In this document: piece after piece, positions 31,996 through 41,551 of the stretch
Position numbering within the stretch: the first letter of the stretch is position 1
Layout: every line of letters starts with the position of its first letter
From: a bacterium
GTDB lineage: Bacteria; Hydrothermota; 32-111
Length of the DNA stretch: 47,659 nt
NCBI GenBank assembly: GCA_050239825.1
Contig: JBFXGO010000013.1
Coordinates: 1 to 47,659 of the forward strand
Reading direction: 5' to 3'
The notes under the pieces: model-generated
The model's database searches: none
Seen by the model: only the letters and a program-made list of their open reading frames with translations
Told to the model about the DNA's origin: nothing
Program-made: the position numbers and the translations under genes

Positions 31996-33750
31996 TTACT
32001 GATTCAGCAATATTGTGTCTCTGTTCCCTTCTTTATCTTTAATCACAAAGAATTCCTGCTTCCCCTTCTCCACTCGTATCTTGACATTCCCCTTTGACAT
32101 ATTCGGTTCATTGTAAAGATAGTTCGAATCTGCCACAAAGTTCCAATCTATCCCTGACTCAGAATCATAAAGAGAGTATGTAAGCCAGTTGTATCCATTG
32201 GAGGTCTTCTTCTTCAGCCTTGAGTGTTTGGGAGGTTTTATGTCATTGCCTATTATAAAGGACCTGAGATGGTCAAGTCTCACAGTGTCGGAATCTTCTA
32301 AAATACTTACAAATGTTTGCACACCATTATTATACAAATAAAAAGCCTTTCCCTTGTAGCCTGTCAGAATAATCTTCACCGATCTTTCCAGATACTGGTC
32401 GCAAAGTTGTATTTTAAATAAATCTGTTGAATAAATCATGCCCCTCTTCTCCTTCACTTCTCTATTGAAAAGAAATGAAAGCTCGTTATCAGAGAAAATA
32501 GAGATTGAATCAGACAATTTTAATGATATAGTATTATCTATGTGTGCAATATTCTCTTTAACAGTCAATCCGTCAACTGCAAATCCATTCTCAGTCACAC
32601 CCCACCTCTCATATACAAAGTATTTATACCTATCATCAACATCATACTCTAAGAAATAACTCTTCACTTTCTCTGAAACAGAATACTTTGCATAGGAGCC
32701 AGACATAAGAACAACTATCTTATTGTTCACCTTCTTCATCTTGACGAATGAGTCATACTCCTTTTTCTTCTCCTTAGATTTCACTATTGGTATATCGCAC
32801 CTTGAAGTGTTTCCACTAAAATCTGTTAAGTTTGTCGTAATTAATGTATCAATATCTGGCGACAATATACCGGTTGCCGAATGGTAGAGAAAATTTTCAA
32901 AGGGCTTTCTAAAGGTAAATAGGTAGTTGGAATTCTTAACAGGCACATCTCCCCTGAAGAAGAGCGGTGATTTCCTGCTCAGCTCAAAACTTATTGAATC
33001 AAGGGAGAATGTTAGCAGAGTCCTTTCACCCGACTGGAGCGATGCCTCATAGACAAAGAGCTTTGCTGATTGGGAATTAGCTTTGTCAATCACTTTAACT
33101 GAAATAGAGAATGGACCATATATGTTTACCGGCTTCACCCTGAATGTAGAATCATTGACTTTTGTAGCTTGTATGTATACATTATCATGTTTTCCGTTTA
33201 TTAGAGTCGAATCAGAGGCGCATTCAAAGAGAACACCGTATATATATGGATACTCTCTGTCCTCAATACTGAATATGGAAAGCGGATTTAATGGATTATT
33301 CATTTTTGAGCGCACTTCAAAGTGCAGATGGGGATTTGATGTACCTGACGAACCTGTGTATGCAAATACTTCTCCCTTCTTAACCTGAATTTCATTCTTT
33401 CCCGGATAGATCGTCTGTCTGAATTTATTCTCCGAAAGTCTAATGCTCAAAGGTTCATTGAATTTTTGAAGATGGGCAAAAACATATATGTATTTCCCAT
33501 CCTCTATGAAGACAGTATTTCCATAACCTGTAAAATCCCTTTTTATGTATGATACCCAGCCGTCAACCGGAGCATATACCGGTTTCCCCTCAACTCCGCC
33601 AGTTGAAAGATCAAGCCCCGCGTGCAGGTGGTTCCACCTGAACTCTCCGAATGATCCCGTAATGATGGATTCGTCCAAAGGAAAGCGCGCCTCATCGGCG
33701 AATAAAGCCAGAGATGACAGTATCAGAATGAGAGAGAGTATCCGAGCCAT
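31996..33750 (-). CDS. M23 family metallopeptidase
   Basis: SFGEFR..HLHAGLD, YGN, FAHL, TGSSG...PHLHFEVR. Confidence 0.9.
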   Translation of the reverse strand: MARILSLILILSSLALFADEARFPLDESIITGSFGEFRWNHLHAGLDLSTGGVEGKPVYAPVDGWVSYIKRDFTGYGNTVFIEDGKYIYVFAHLQKFNEPLSIRLSENKFRQTIYPGKNEIQVKKGEVFAYTGSSGTSNPHLHFEVRSKMNNPLNPLSIFSIEDREYPYIYGVLFECASDSTLINGKHDNVYIQATKVNDSTFRVKPVNIYGPFSISVKVIDKANSQSAKLFVYEASLQSGERTLLTFSLDSISFELSRKSPLFFRGDVPVKNSNYLFTFRKPFENFLYHSATGILSPDIDTLITTNLTDFSGNTSRCDIPIVKSKEKKKEYDSFVKMKKVNNKIVVLMSGSYAKYSVSEKVKSYFLEYDVDDRYKYFVYERWGVTENGFAVDGLTVKENIAHIDNTISLKLSDSISIFSDNELSFLFNREVKEKRGMIYSTDLFKIQLCDQYLERSVKIILTGYKGKAFYLYNNGVQTFVSILEDSDTVRLDHLRSFIIGNDIKPPKHSRLKKKTSNGYNWLTYSLYDSESGIDWNFVADSNYLYNEPNMSKGNVKIRVEKGKQEFFVIKDKEGNRDTILLNQ

Positions 33751-34568
33751 TCTCCGAGAACCTTTTTTTCTATTATTTTCATTCCCATCAATTTAAAGTA
33801 CTTTTCTATTTCACTCTCCTCGGAGAGAAGAATTCCGGAGACGAGAACAGAACTTCCCACTCTTGCGTGCGGCATAAGGTTGGCAAAGAAGGTCTTGAAT
33901 TCGTGCGACAGCATATTGACGAGAAAGATGTCGAACATTTCGCTCTTCTTTATCCTGTCGAGAGTGCCGAGAATGAATCTTGCATTCTTTGTTCTGTTCA
34001 GCTTTGCATTCTCCTCTGTCGAAACAACTATAGAGTCGTCAATGTCAAATCCGACAACTCTCCCTGCACCGCTCTTCGATGCCGCTATTGAGAGAATTCC
34101 GGAGCCTACTCCGCAGTCCAAAACATCAAGGCCTGTCAGATCAAGGTCAGACATCAACAGAAGCACGAGCTTTGTAGTGGGATGCTCACCTGTGCCGAAG
34201 GAGAATCCCGGATTCATTATTATCTCAGTTTTGCGGGATTTGACTTTTGTTTTGTGAAAATATGGTATGACCCTGTACTTTCCCACATTGAAGGGCTTGT
34301 ATGTCTTGAGGTACTTCAGAAGATAATTCTTTTCGAATATTTTTTTCTTTTTGTAATGTTCAAGATTGAAATTACCGCTTATTACCTTTGCCGAGGTGAG
34401 TATGTCATCATAAGTTCTTCCGTAAATGTAAAGAGTCTTCTTCCCTGTCTCGCGGTTTTCGAGGAGGGAATAATAGATTCTCTGCACATAAGAGAGAGTC
34501 TCGAGTTTCTCCTCGTCAATTTCGGCATTTGTTATATCGAACTCCGCCTGAATGTATTCTTTATTCAT
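33723..34568 (-). CDS. prmA: Ribosomal protein L11 methyltransferase
   Basis: PGFSFGTGEHPTT, VLDCGVGSGILSIAA, SGIL, GEW. Confidence 0.92.
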   Translation of the reverse strand: MNKEYIQAEFDITNAEIDEEKLETLSYVQRIYYSLLENRETGKKTLYIYGRTYDDILTSAKVISGNFNLEHYKKKKIFEKNYLLKYLKTYKPFNVGKYRVIPYFHKTKVKSRKTEIIMNPGFSFGTGEHPTTKLVLLLMSDLDLTGLDVLDCGVGSGILSIAASKSGAGRVVGFDIDDSIVVSTEENAKLNRTKNARFILGTLDRIKKSEMFDIFLVNMLSHEFKTFFANLMPHARVGSSVLVSGILLSEESEIEKYFKLMGMKIIEKKVLGEWLGYSLSF

Positions 34569-34624
34569 GCGGATTATTTTATATCATATAGTTTATATGT
34601 CAAGAAAAAATGAAAATTCGGATA

Positions 34625-34813
34625 TCATAAAATAATTCTATATTTTCGCCTGGAAATTTTTATTATTTCTGATGACTTTGCTTTCTTACTTATCTCAAGA
34701 AGCCCTGACCAGTGGCTCTCTTTTCTTTTTCTGTTTCTTGATTCTCTTCTTAAAGAAACTGCTTCTTTAGATTTCAATTCCATGGTGTACTCTTCAAAAT
34801 GCAATTTTCTCAT
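34625..34813 (-). CDS. Small basic hypothetical protein
   Basis: 62 aa; its ATG overlaps the upstream stop (ATGA), suggesting translational coupling. Confidence 0.45.
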   Translation of the reverse strand: MRKLHFEEYTMELKSKEAVSLRRESRNRKRKESHWSGLLEISKKAKSSEIIKISRRKYRIIL

Positions 34814-35526
34814 TTTATTTCCTTCTTAAGCTTTTCAAATGCCTCCGCTGTTTTTTCTTCAGTGCTTCTTTTTTTTAGATATTTCCAGTCAATCTCTTTT
34901 TTATTCAAAACAGCCATCTGCTTAGCCCACTCAAAGTCATCCCTTGATTTCCAGTGTATATATGCATTCAACCTGTCCTGAATTATATCCTCTATACCTA
35001 TAATGAAGACTCTATATTCTTCTATTTCCACTTCAACCACTCTCTCCATACTTCCAGCGAGAGTGCCCGACGGAAATTTCACAAATAAATCAAGTTCCTT
35101 TGAGATATATCCTTTCCCCGATTTTTTAAAACCGATGCTTTTCATTATTTTTTCCGCCTTCTTTGTGTCTCCTATGACAATATCGATATCTCCTGTAGCA
35201 TATCCTCCAGCCGTGTAGAAAGCTACTGCATTGCCACCAACTACAATGGGTTTAATTCTTTCTTTCTTTAACATATTCGTAAGGAATCCTGCGAACAATA
35301 GCCTTTTTTTGTATGTGTTTTCCATCAATTTCATTCTTTCAAGAATAGGCGCTTTTCCTTTTTTCATCGAATCAATGACTTCCTGTGAATCAAATCTGTA
35401 TTGCTTTCCCACCTTTATAAATGGGACGGAACCCTCTTTGACCATTTTATAAATTGTCTTTTTGTTCACGGAAAGAAGCTCTGCCAACTCTTCTATGGTC
35501 AAATATCCGGTCTTTTTATTTTGCAC
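34810..35526 (-). CDS. Excisionase-like HTH (HTH_17) fused to a nucleotidyltransferase-fold domain
   Basis: YLTIEELAELL.V.KKTIY.MV..G.VP..KVG.QYRF; VVGGNAV.FY....ATGDIDIV. Confidence 0.85.
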   Translation of the reverse strand: MQNKKTGYLTIEELAELLSVNKKTIYKMVKEGSVPFIKVGKQYRFDSQEVIDSMKKGKAPILERMKLMENTYKKRLLFAGFLTNMLKKERIKPIVVGGNAVAFYTAGGYATGDIDIVIGDTKKAEKIMKSIGFKKSGKGYISKELDLFVKFPSGTLAGSMERVVEVEIEEYRVFIIGIEDIIQDRLNAYIHWKSRDDFEWAKQMAVLNKKEIDWKYLKKRSTEEKTAEAFEKLKKEIK

Positions 35527-35573
35527 TTTAGTACCCTTTGTTATACTTTAGTATATATTAGTATATTTTTCAA
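35527..35573 (-). promoter_or_regulatory. Promoter overlapped by four 10-bp phased direct repeats (putative autoregulatory operator)
   Basis: Minus strand TTGAAA-17-TAAAGT; plus strand TTTAGTACCC/TTTGTTATAC/TTTAGTATAT/ATTAGTATAT at 35527-35566. Confidence 0.6.
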
Positions 35574-35678
35574 TTTATTTCAAGAGAAAAGAAATTATTA
35601 TCCATGTATTCAGATAAAGACAACTCTCCCACTTGACTATAATTCATATAATAGTAATATCTATGTAGAGATAAAATT

Positions 35679-36524
35679 ATGAAAAAAATCATTTATTCTG
35701 TTTTCATTCTTTTGCTCTTTGTTTCCTGCGCAAAGAGCATTCAGGAAAAGTCAGATTACAGGGTCTTTTCGACAGCAGATTACAGAGAGATATCCTTCTC
35801 TGATTTCATGAAGGATTTAGCATCATCGGATGTTGTTTTAATCGGAGAGACTCATGATTCTCCATTTGACCATTATGTTGAGGAGGACCTCTTCAAAAGA
35901 GTTTTAAAGATGAGAAATATAACTCTCTCTCTTGAGATGTTTGAACGCGATGTGCAGAGAGTTCTCAACTCTTATCTTGCAGGAGAAATAACTGAGGACA
36001 GCTTCCTGAAAGCTTCGAGGCCTTGGGAAAATTACGAATCAGATTACAGAAACCTTGTAGAATTCGCAAAGAAGAATAAGATTCCCGTCATTGCCGCCAA
36101 TATACCGCGCAGTCTCGCATCCCTTGTTTCAAAGCACGGGTCAGACACCTTAAATTCCATCTCTGACATAAAGGATTTCTTTGTGAAGCCATTCTCTACT
36201 CCGGATGACTATAAGCAGAGGTTCTTCGATTTCTTCTCAATGATAGTCCCCGGCATGCCCATGTCGGCAATGTCACAGGAAAACATTTTCCTCTCACAGC
36301 TCTTTAAGGACGCCACAATGGCATTTTCAATCAATAAGGCGTTAAGCGAATATCCGGACAGACTCGTCTTCATGGTCTGCGGAGAGTTTCACTCGGATTA
36401 TCATCAGGGAATATATCAGCAGCTTAAGTCTATAAATCCCGGCATAAAAATAACCACTATCTCCATATCCGTCGATTCTGCGGATTTCGATCCTCTTAAG
36501 GCGGATTATCTGATACTCAAATGA
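35679..36524 (+). CDS. ChaN/PhuW-like lipoprotein
   Basis: LFVS-C lipobox; DVVLIGETHD, LSLEMF, AANIPR, DATMA, GEFHSDY. Confidence 0.85.
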   Translation: MKKIIYSVFILLLFVSCAKSIQEKSDYRVFSTADYREISFSDFMKDLASSDVVLIGETHDSPFDHYVEEDLFKRVLKMRNITLSLEMFERDVQRVLNSYLAGEITEDSFLKASRPWENYESDYRNLVEFAKKNKIPVIAANIPRSLASLVSKHGSDTLNSISDIKDFFVKPFSTPDDYKQRFFDFFSMIVPGMPMSAMSQENIFLSQLFKDATMAFSINKALSEYPDRLVFMVCGEFHSDYHQGIYQQLKSINPGIKITTISISVDSADFDPLKADYLILK

Positions 36525-37759
36525 CAGAAGATTTTAAAGTTCAGATTGAGAAGATTGTTTCCGACGGAAGGGGGCTGGGACGCATGAACGGCATAGCATG
36601 CTTTGTGCCCAAAACCGCTCCGCTTGACGAAATTACTGTGAGAGAGACAAAGAGGAAGAAGAATTATGTTGAGTCTGAAATTGTATCCATTGAAAAGCCC
36701 TCTCCAATGCGCATTGAGCCGAAGTGCGCATACTACGAAGAGTGCGGCGGGTGCGACATCCAGCATATTGATTATAAGAATCATGCGGAGATAAAGACAT
36801 CCATACTCAAAGAGCTTCTTTCAAAGAACGGAGGAATAGAGTTATGCAAAGAGATAAAGTACTTCTCTAAGGAGGAGTTCGGCTACAGAAACAAGATTAC
36901 ACTCTCGATAAGCGAAGGAAGGGTGGGGCTATTAAAGGAAAAGACTAACAGAGTCATAGAGATAAAAGAGTGCCTCATCTGCTCTGATAAGATAAACGAG
37001 GTTATTGCAGACATTAGAAGCAAAATTATCTTTGATTCAAGAACCGAAAAGATTGTCATAAAATCATCCCGCTTCGGAAAGACCCTTGCGGCATTCTATA
37101 CTGACTGCGAGAGGGAGGAGAATGTACCTCCTTTTATCCGGGAAATAAAGGCCGACAGCATCGTTGAGCTTCTTAAAGATAGGACTGCGCTCTATATAAA
37201 GGGAAAGGGAACCCTCTCGGAGATAATAGACGGAAGAGTCTTTACATACTCATACCCGACATTCATGCAGGTTAACCCCGGCATTGCGAACGAGATGGTC
37301 TCCTTTATCACAAAGAAGATAAAGAGAGGTGGGAGTATGATAGACCTTTTTTCGGGGGTCGGAATATACTCTATTCTCTTTTCAAACCTGTTTGGCGAGG
37401 TTGTCTCCGTAGAGTCAAACAAAGCCTCCGTGCATTACATGAGGAAGAACATTGCCGAGAATAAAGCAAAGAATGTGAATCCCGTGCAGAGATTCGTTGA
37501 TGAAAAGCTTGAATTTGACGATAAGGGGTTCGATGTATGCATAATAGACCCTCCGCGCGAAGGAGTTCACCCGATGGCAATGAAGAGAATCTTTGACGGT
37601 GTGTCAAAACAGATTATCTACATTTCCTGTGATGCGGCTACTCTTGCGAGGGACCTTAAAATGGCCGCCGGAAGCGGATTTGAAATCAAGGATATAGCAA
37701 TATTCGACATGTTCCCCAACACGATTCATTTTGAAACAGTAGTTATACTGGAAAAGTAA
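36521..37759 (+). CDS. rlmD: 23S rRNA m5U methyltransferase, RlmD/TrmA family
   Basis: TRAM domain, C...ECGGC Fe-S motif, FMQVN, DPPREG, YISCD, DMFP.T.HFE. Confidence 0.9.
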   Translation: MTEDFKVQIEKIVSDGRGLGRMNGIACFVPKTAPLDEITVRETKRKKNYVESEIVSIEKPSPMRIEPKCAYYEECGGCDIQHIDYKNHAEIKTSILKELLSKNGGIELCKEIKYFSKEEFGYRNKITLSISEGRVGLLKEKTNRVIEIKECLICSDKINEVIADIRSKIIFDSRTEKIVIKSSRFGKTLAAFYTDCEREENVPPFIREIKADSIVELLKDRTALYIKGKGTLSEIIDGRVFTYSYPTFMQVNPGIANEMVSFITKKIKRGGSMIDLFSGVGIYSILFSNLFGEVVSVESNKASVHYMRKNIAENKAKNVNPVQRFVDEKLEFDDKGFDVCIIDPPREGVHPMAMKRIFDGVSKQIIYISCDAATLARDLKMAAGSGFEIKDIAIFDMFPNTIHFETVVILEK

Positions 37760-37806
37760 CCAAATGCAGAAAAGGTTTGGAACACATTGACAATTTCAAT
37801 AGTAGA

Positions 37807-38475
37807 GTTGAGTAATATTTTGTCTTTACATTAATCTTCTCAAAGTTCTGGCGCAACCCGTTTTTTCTATTATGTGCGTTCTCGCACATTTCTCCCTCGC
37901 CAATGGTTTTAGAAGATTTGGGGACATTCCTTCGGTGTGTCCCCATAACAAATATTGAAACACGAAAGCTACAAGTCGGCGAGGACGCTCCGCGAAGACG
38001 CCCGTCGAGGTTTGCCGAGACAAAGCGGCGAAGCGGAGTGTGTGAGCCGACGCTACACCCGCCAGCAGCCCCAGCTCAATCTTCAATTATCAACAAACAA
38101 TAACCAATCAAATGATATACCCTTCACGATAGTCATAACCACAGAGGCGTTCAGGGTGACACGGTTGAGTAAGATTTTGTCTTTACAGTTCCGAGGAAAA
38201 ATTCCAGTGCATCTCCGCACTGCTATTCGATGTTTTTCCGAGGACAAGCAATTCAATTTTTATTGAAAGTGAAAGCTACAAGTCGGCGAGGACGCTCCGC
38301 GAAGACGCCCGTCGAGGTTTGCCGAGACAAAGCGGCGAAGCGGAGTGTGTGAGCCGACGCTACACCCGCCAGCAGCCCCAGCTCAATCTTCAATTATCAA
38401 CAAACAATCTGCGATTAACAATAAAAATGATAGATTCTTCACATGAGAAGAACGAATAGAGAACTTCAGAATGTC
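37807..38475. repeat. Mosaic palindromic repeat array B
   Basis: Same modules as array A; 138-bp identical direct repeat at 37964-38101 and 38271-38408 (307-bp period). Confidence 0.95.
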
Positions 38476-38497
38476 GGAACTTTTTGGGGGATAATGA

Positions 38498-39424
38498 TTA
38501 TTTCTTTGCGGTTTTAAGGAGAAGTTTGACCGATTCGAGGGTTGAACCGGCACTAAGGTCATTTGAAAAAACCTTGTCGCATGCGGGTCCATGGTCGGGA
38601 GAGACTCTCAGGTATGAGAGTCCGCATGTCACATTTACTCCATTATTGAATGAGAGCATTTTGAATGGAATCAGAACCTGATCATGGTACATTCCGAAAA
38701 AGACATCATACTTTTTCATATTCTCTTCTGTAAATGCGGAATCCGCACAGAGAGGAGAAGATACATCAAAATCCTTTTTCAATTTCTCTGCTATTTTCAA
38801 AATCTTCTCATCAGCTTTTCCAAGAAGTCCCCTGTCGGAGCAGTGGGGATTCAAGCACAATATCGCAAATTTCGGAGTTTTTTTAAGACGCTTCCGATAA
38901 AACTCCTGAACTGCCGCAATTTTGGGATAAATATTTTGATAATTTATCATTGATTCAACATCTGAAACAGAAATATGAGTAGTGATAGGCGCAACGGATA
39001 TTTTTTTGGAATAGAGAAGCATCGCCGCCTCTCTCCCGTCTCTCTTTTCGAGGTACTCTGTGTGTCCCCTGAATCCCCTGCAGTATAAACTCACACTGCT
39101 CTTTATCACAGGAAGCGTCAGAAGCCCCAGATAATCCTTCTTCTTTTTCTCTATGATGTCAACCGATCTTTTAAGGGATTCATAAGCAAGAAGTCCGCTC
39201 TCTCTGTCAGGCCTCCCGGGAGTAATTTTAAAATTGCGCCTCTCTGTCTGAATCATTGAAATGTTTTTCGGAAGAATTGTCTTTGTCTCTCTGCAGTAAT
39301 CGTTTGTCGCTTTTTCATCTGAAACCAAATCGAATTTTACGGAGGGATTTTTAAGGGCTGCGGCGGAGAGAAGCCGCAGGTTTGCTCCTGCCGCCTCTCC
39401 TGCCGAAACAAGTATTCTTTTCAT
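38498..39424 (-). CDS. pdxA: 4-hydroxythreonine-4-phosphate dehydrogenase
   Basis: GHTEYL, TTHI, LNPH, MYHDQ.LIPFK, VN.T.GL..RVSPDHG; next to surA. Confidence 0.92.
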   Translation of the reverse strand: MKRILVSAGEAAGANLRLLSAAALKNPSVKFDLVSDEKATNDYCRETKTILPKNISMIQTERRNFKITPGRPDRESGLLAYESLKRSVDIIEKKKKDYLGLLTLPVIKSSVSLYCRGFRGHTEYLEKRDGREAAMLLYSKKISVAPITTHISVSDVESMINYQNIYPKIAAVQEFYRKRLKKTPKFAILCLNPHCSDRGLLGKADEKILKIAEKLKKDFDVSSPLCADSAFTEENMKKYDVFFGMYHDQVLIPFKMLSFNNGVNVTCGLSYLRVSPDHGPACDKVFSNDLSAGSTLESVKLLLKTAKK

Positions 39425-40704
39425 TCGAGGACTTTTACAAGAACTCTCTTCTTCTCTTTGTCGATAAGAGAGTTTATCTCTTTTTCCACCTTCTTGTTTT
39501 CGAGAATTGAAGCAATCATATTCTTCACATCTTTGTATTCGCTTATGTAACCGCCCTCTTTGTTCTTCATCTGGAATATTTCGTACCCAAAATCTCCGAG
39601 AATCACTCCGGAGACAGAGTCGGATTCAAGCTTTAAAAGAGTATCTTTTATCTCTTCGGACAGCATTTCAATAGCTACTCTTCCCAGAAAACCGCCCGCG
39701 TCCTTTGTTGACGGGTCGTCCGAATATTTTTTTGCCGCCTCTTCAAAAGATATCTTTGAAGATTTTATTTCACCTGCTATGAACTCCGCCCTCTTCTTTG
39801 CATCGGTGGAATCGGATTTCGTTACAGGCATTTTAACGACAACCTGTTGAAATTTGATTGAATCTGCTTCTGCCTTTATTATTTTTATCAGATGAAACCC
39901 CGAACGGGATTGTGTTACAAGAAGAGTATCCTCTTTTGAATTCATGTATAGGAAAGCGGCAAGTTCCTGAGGCAAATCAGTGTATTTTACATATCCAACG
40001 ATTCCACGATTCTTCGCCGATTCGTCTTCGGAATACTCTTTCGCCGCCTCTCCCATGTCATTGCCTGATTTAATATACATGAAGACAGACTCTATCTTTT
40101 GAAGTGCTGAAATCATGGCTTGCGAGTCCGGCTGCACCACCACTGTTATATGGTAAAGGTCTGCGGAGAGAGGTGTAAAGAAAGAATCCTTGTTTTCTTC
40201 GTAGAATTTTTTCATCTCATTTTCGTTTACCATTATGTTCAGCTGTTTTTTCATCAAAAGCTGTTGCTTGAGAGCCATCTTTATGGCCTGTTCAAGGTAA
40301 TTCTTTTTAAGAGCCTCTTCCGTGAGATTGTTTTGTTCAAGGTATGAAAGAAATTCTTCATCACTCTTGAAATTTTTCTTTGCATCTTCAATTCTCTTAT
40401 CCACATCTTCCGATAAAAGAACCGTGTCTATGGAGATTGAATCTTTGTCTGCGATTATCTGAAGTATTTTATCTCCGACCATTATCTCGAGCATGCTGTT
40501 TTTAAGAGAATCCGCGACCTCTTTTGAAAATAACGTTGAATTCTCAAGAAGCTCTATTCTCTGGTCATATTCTGATTTTAGAATAATAGAATCATTGACA
40601 ACCGCGAAAATTTTGTCCGCACCCGAGCTTGATGCGGACAAAACTGTAAATAACGATATTAAAACACAGAGTAAAGCGGGTTTACTGCTGAATTTCCTGC
40701 TCAA
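39421..40704 (-). CDS. surA: SurA-like chaperone / peptidyl-prolyl isomerase with two PpiC domains
   Basis: DKIFAVVND..ILKSE; AKEYSED; FEEAAKKYSDD...GGFLG. Confidence 0.85.
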   Translation of the reverse strand: MSRKFSSKPALLCVLISLFTVLSASSSGADKIFAVVNDSIILKSEYDQRIELLENSTLFSKEVADSLKNSMLEIMVGDKILQIIADKDSISIDTVLLSEDVDKRIEDAKKNFKSDEEFLSYLEQNNLTEEALKKNYLEQAIKMALKQQLLMKKQLNIMVNENEMKKFYEENKDSFFTPLSADLYHITVVVQPDSQAMISALQKIESVFMYIKSGNDMGEAAKEYSEDESAKNRGIVGYVKYTDLPQELAAFLYMNSKEDTLLVTQSRSGFHLIKIIKAEADSIKFQQVVVKMPVTKSDSTDAKKRAEFIAGEIKSSKISFEEAAKKYSDDPSTKDAGGFLGRVAIEMLSEEIKDTLLKLESDSVSGVILGDFGYEIFQMKNKEGGYISEYKDVKNMIASILENKKVEKEINSLIDKEKKRVLVKVLE

Positions 40705-41551
40705 TGTATTCCACCTTTGATTTGTCTTTCAGGGTGCTGACAAATGAAGCTATGTATGTTTTATTCCTGTCCGCATAAAGCAGGTTCAAGAGGTATCCCT
40801 TTCCTGATGCGGCGTCTATGTTGGAAGGAAGATAATCAATAAGCTTCACTATCATGATTGCGCCGTTAAGCTCCATGAAAGGAGCTGATATATCGCCTTT
40901 GTTCTTCAATGAAAATGCCATTGAATCAAGAATTGCAAGGCCGTTTGATGCCCACTGTTTGTAAACCACATAGTCCGGAAGTATTCCGCCGTTCTTTGAA
41001 GTGCTTTCGTCAAGTGAGACTTCTTTTGCCATTGCTTCAAAGGATTTTTTCCCTGATTTTATTACTTTGTATATTGAATCGGCATAAGCCGCATTGGGTG
41101 CAAGAACTATTATGCCGAGCTTCACCTTTTTCATCAGTTTTTCTTTATTGTTTTCATAATAAGCCGTGATGTCTTCTTCCTTTATCGGAGCAAGCTCTGC
41201 AATTTTCTTTTCCATGAATTTATTCGCCACAAGAAGTCTCTTCTGCATTTCAAGCTGATTGACTATCTCCGGATCTTTGTCTGTTCCTGCCTTAACAGCC
41301 TCCTGATAAACAATAAAATTATCTACCAGTTCGTCAATGACGACCTTCTTATTCTCTTCTGTAAGTTGTCCGCCCTGCATAACAAGATTTACAAGCTCAT
41401 CGGTTATCGCCTCTCCGTTTACTTTGGCAAGGGGCTTTCCTGTCGTTACAAATGATGTCTTGGAGCTGTTGTTTGTTACAAGATAGGCTATTGCAAGAAC
41501 AAGAATAATTGCAACTGCCAGCAGAATTACCACTGTATTGTTCTTTTTCAT
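40682..41551 (-). CDS. PrsA/PpiC-type peptidyl-prolyl isomerase
   Basis: N-terminal TM, LAKVNGE.IT, FEAMAKEVSLD...NGG.L. Confidence 0.85.
   Translation of the reverse strand: MKKNNTVVILLAVAIILVLAIAYLVTNNSSKTSFVTTGKPLAKVNGEAITDELVNLVMQGGQLTEENKKVVIDELVDNFIVYQEAVKAGTDKDPEIVNQLEMQKRLLVANKFMEKKIAELAPIKEEDITAYYENNKEKLMKKVKLGIIVLAPNAAYADSIYKVIKSGKKSFEAMAKEVSLDESTSKNGGILPDYVVYKQWASNGLAILDSMAFSLKNKGDISAPFMELNGAIMIVKLIDYLPSNIDAASGKGYLLNLLYADRNKTYIASFVSTLKDKSKVEYIEQEIQQ

Noticed and set aside
37807..38475. Classical IS/MITE with terminal inverted repeats and target duplication
   Set aside because: Array ends differ between the three loci, no shared terminal inverted repeat or target-site duplication was found, and there is no transposase in the window.
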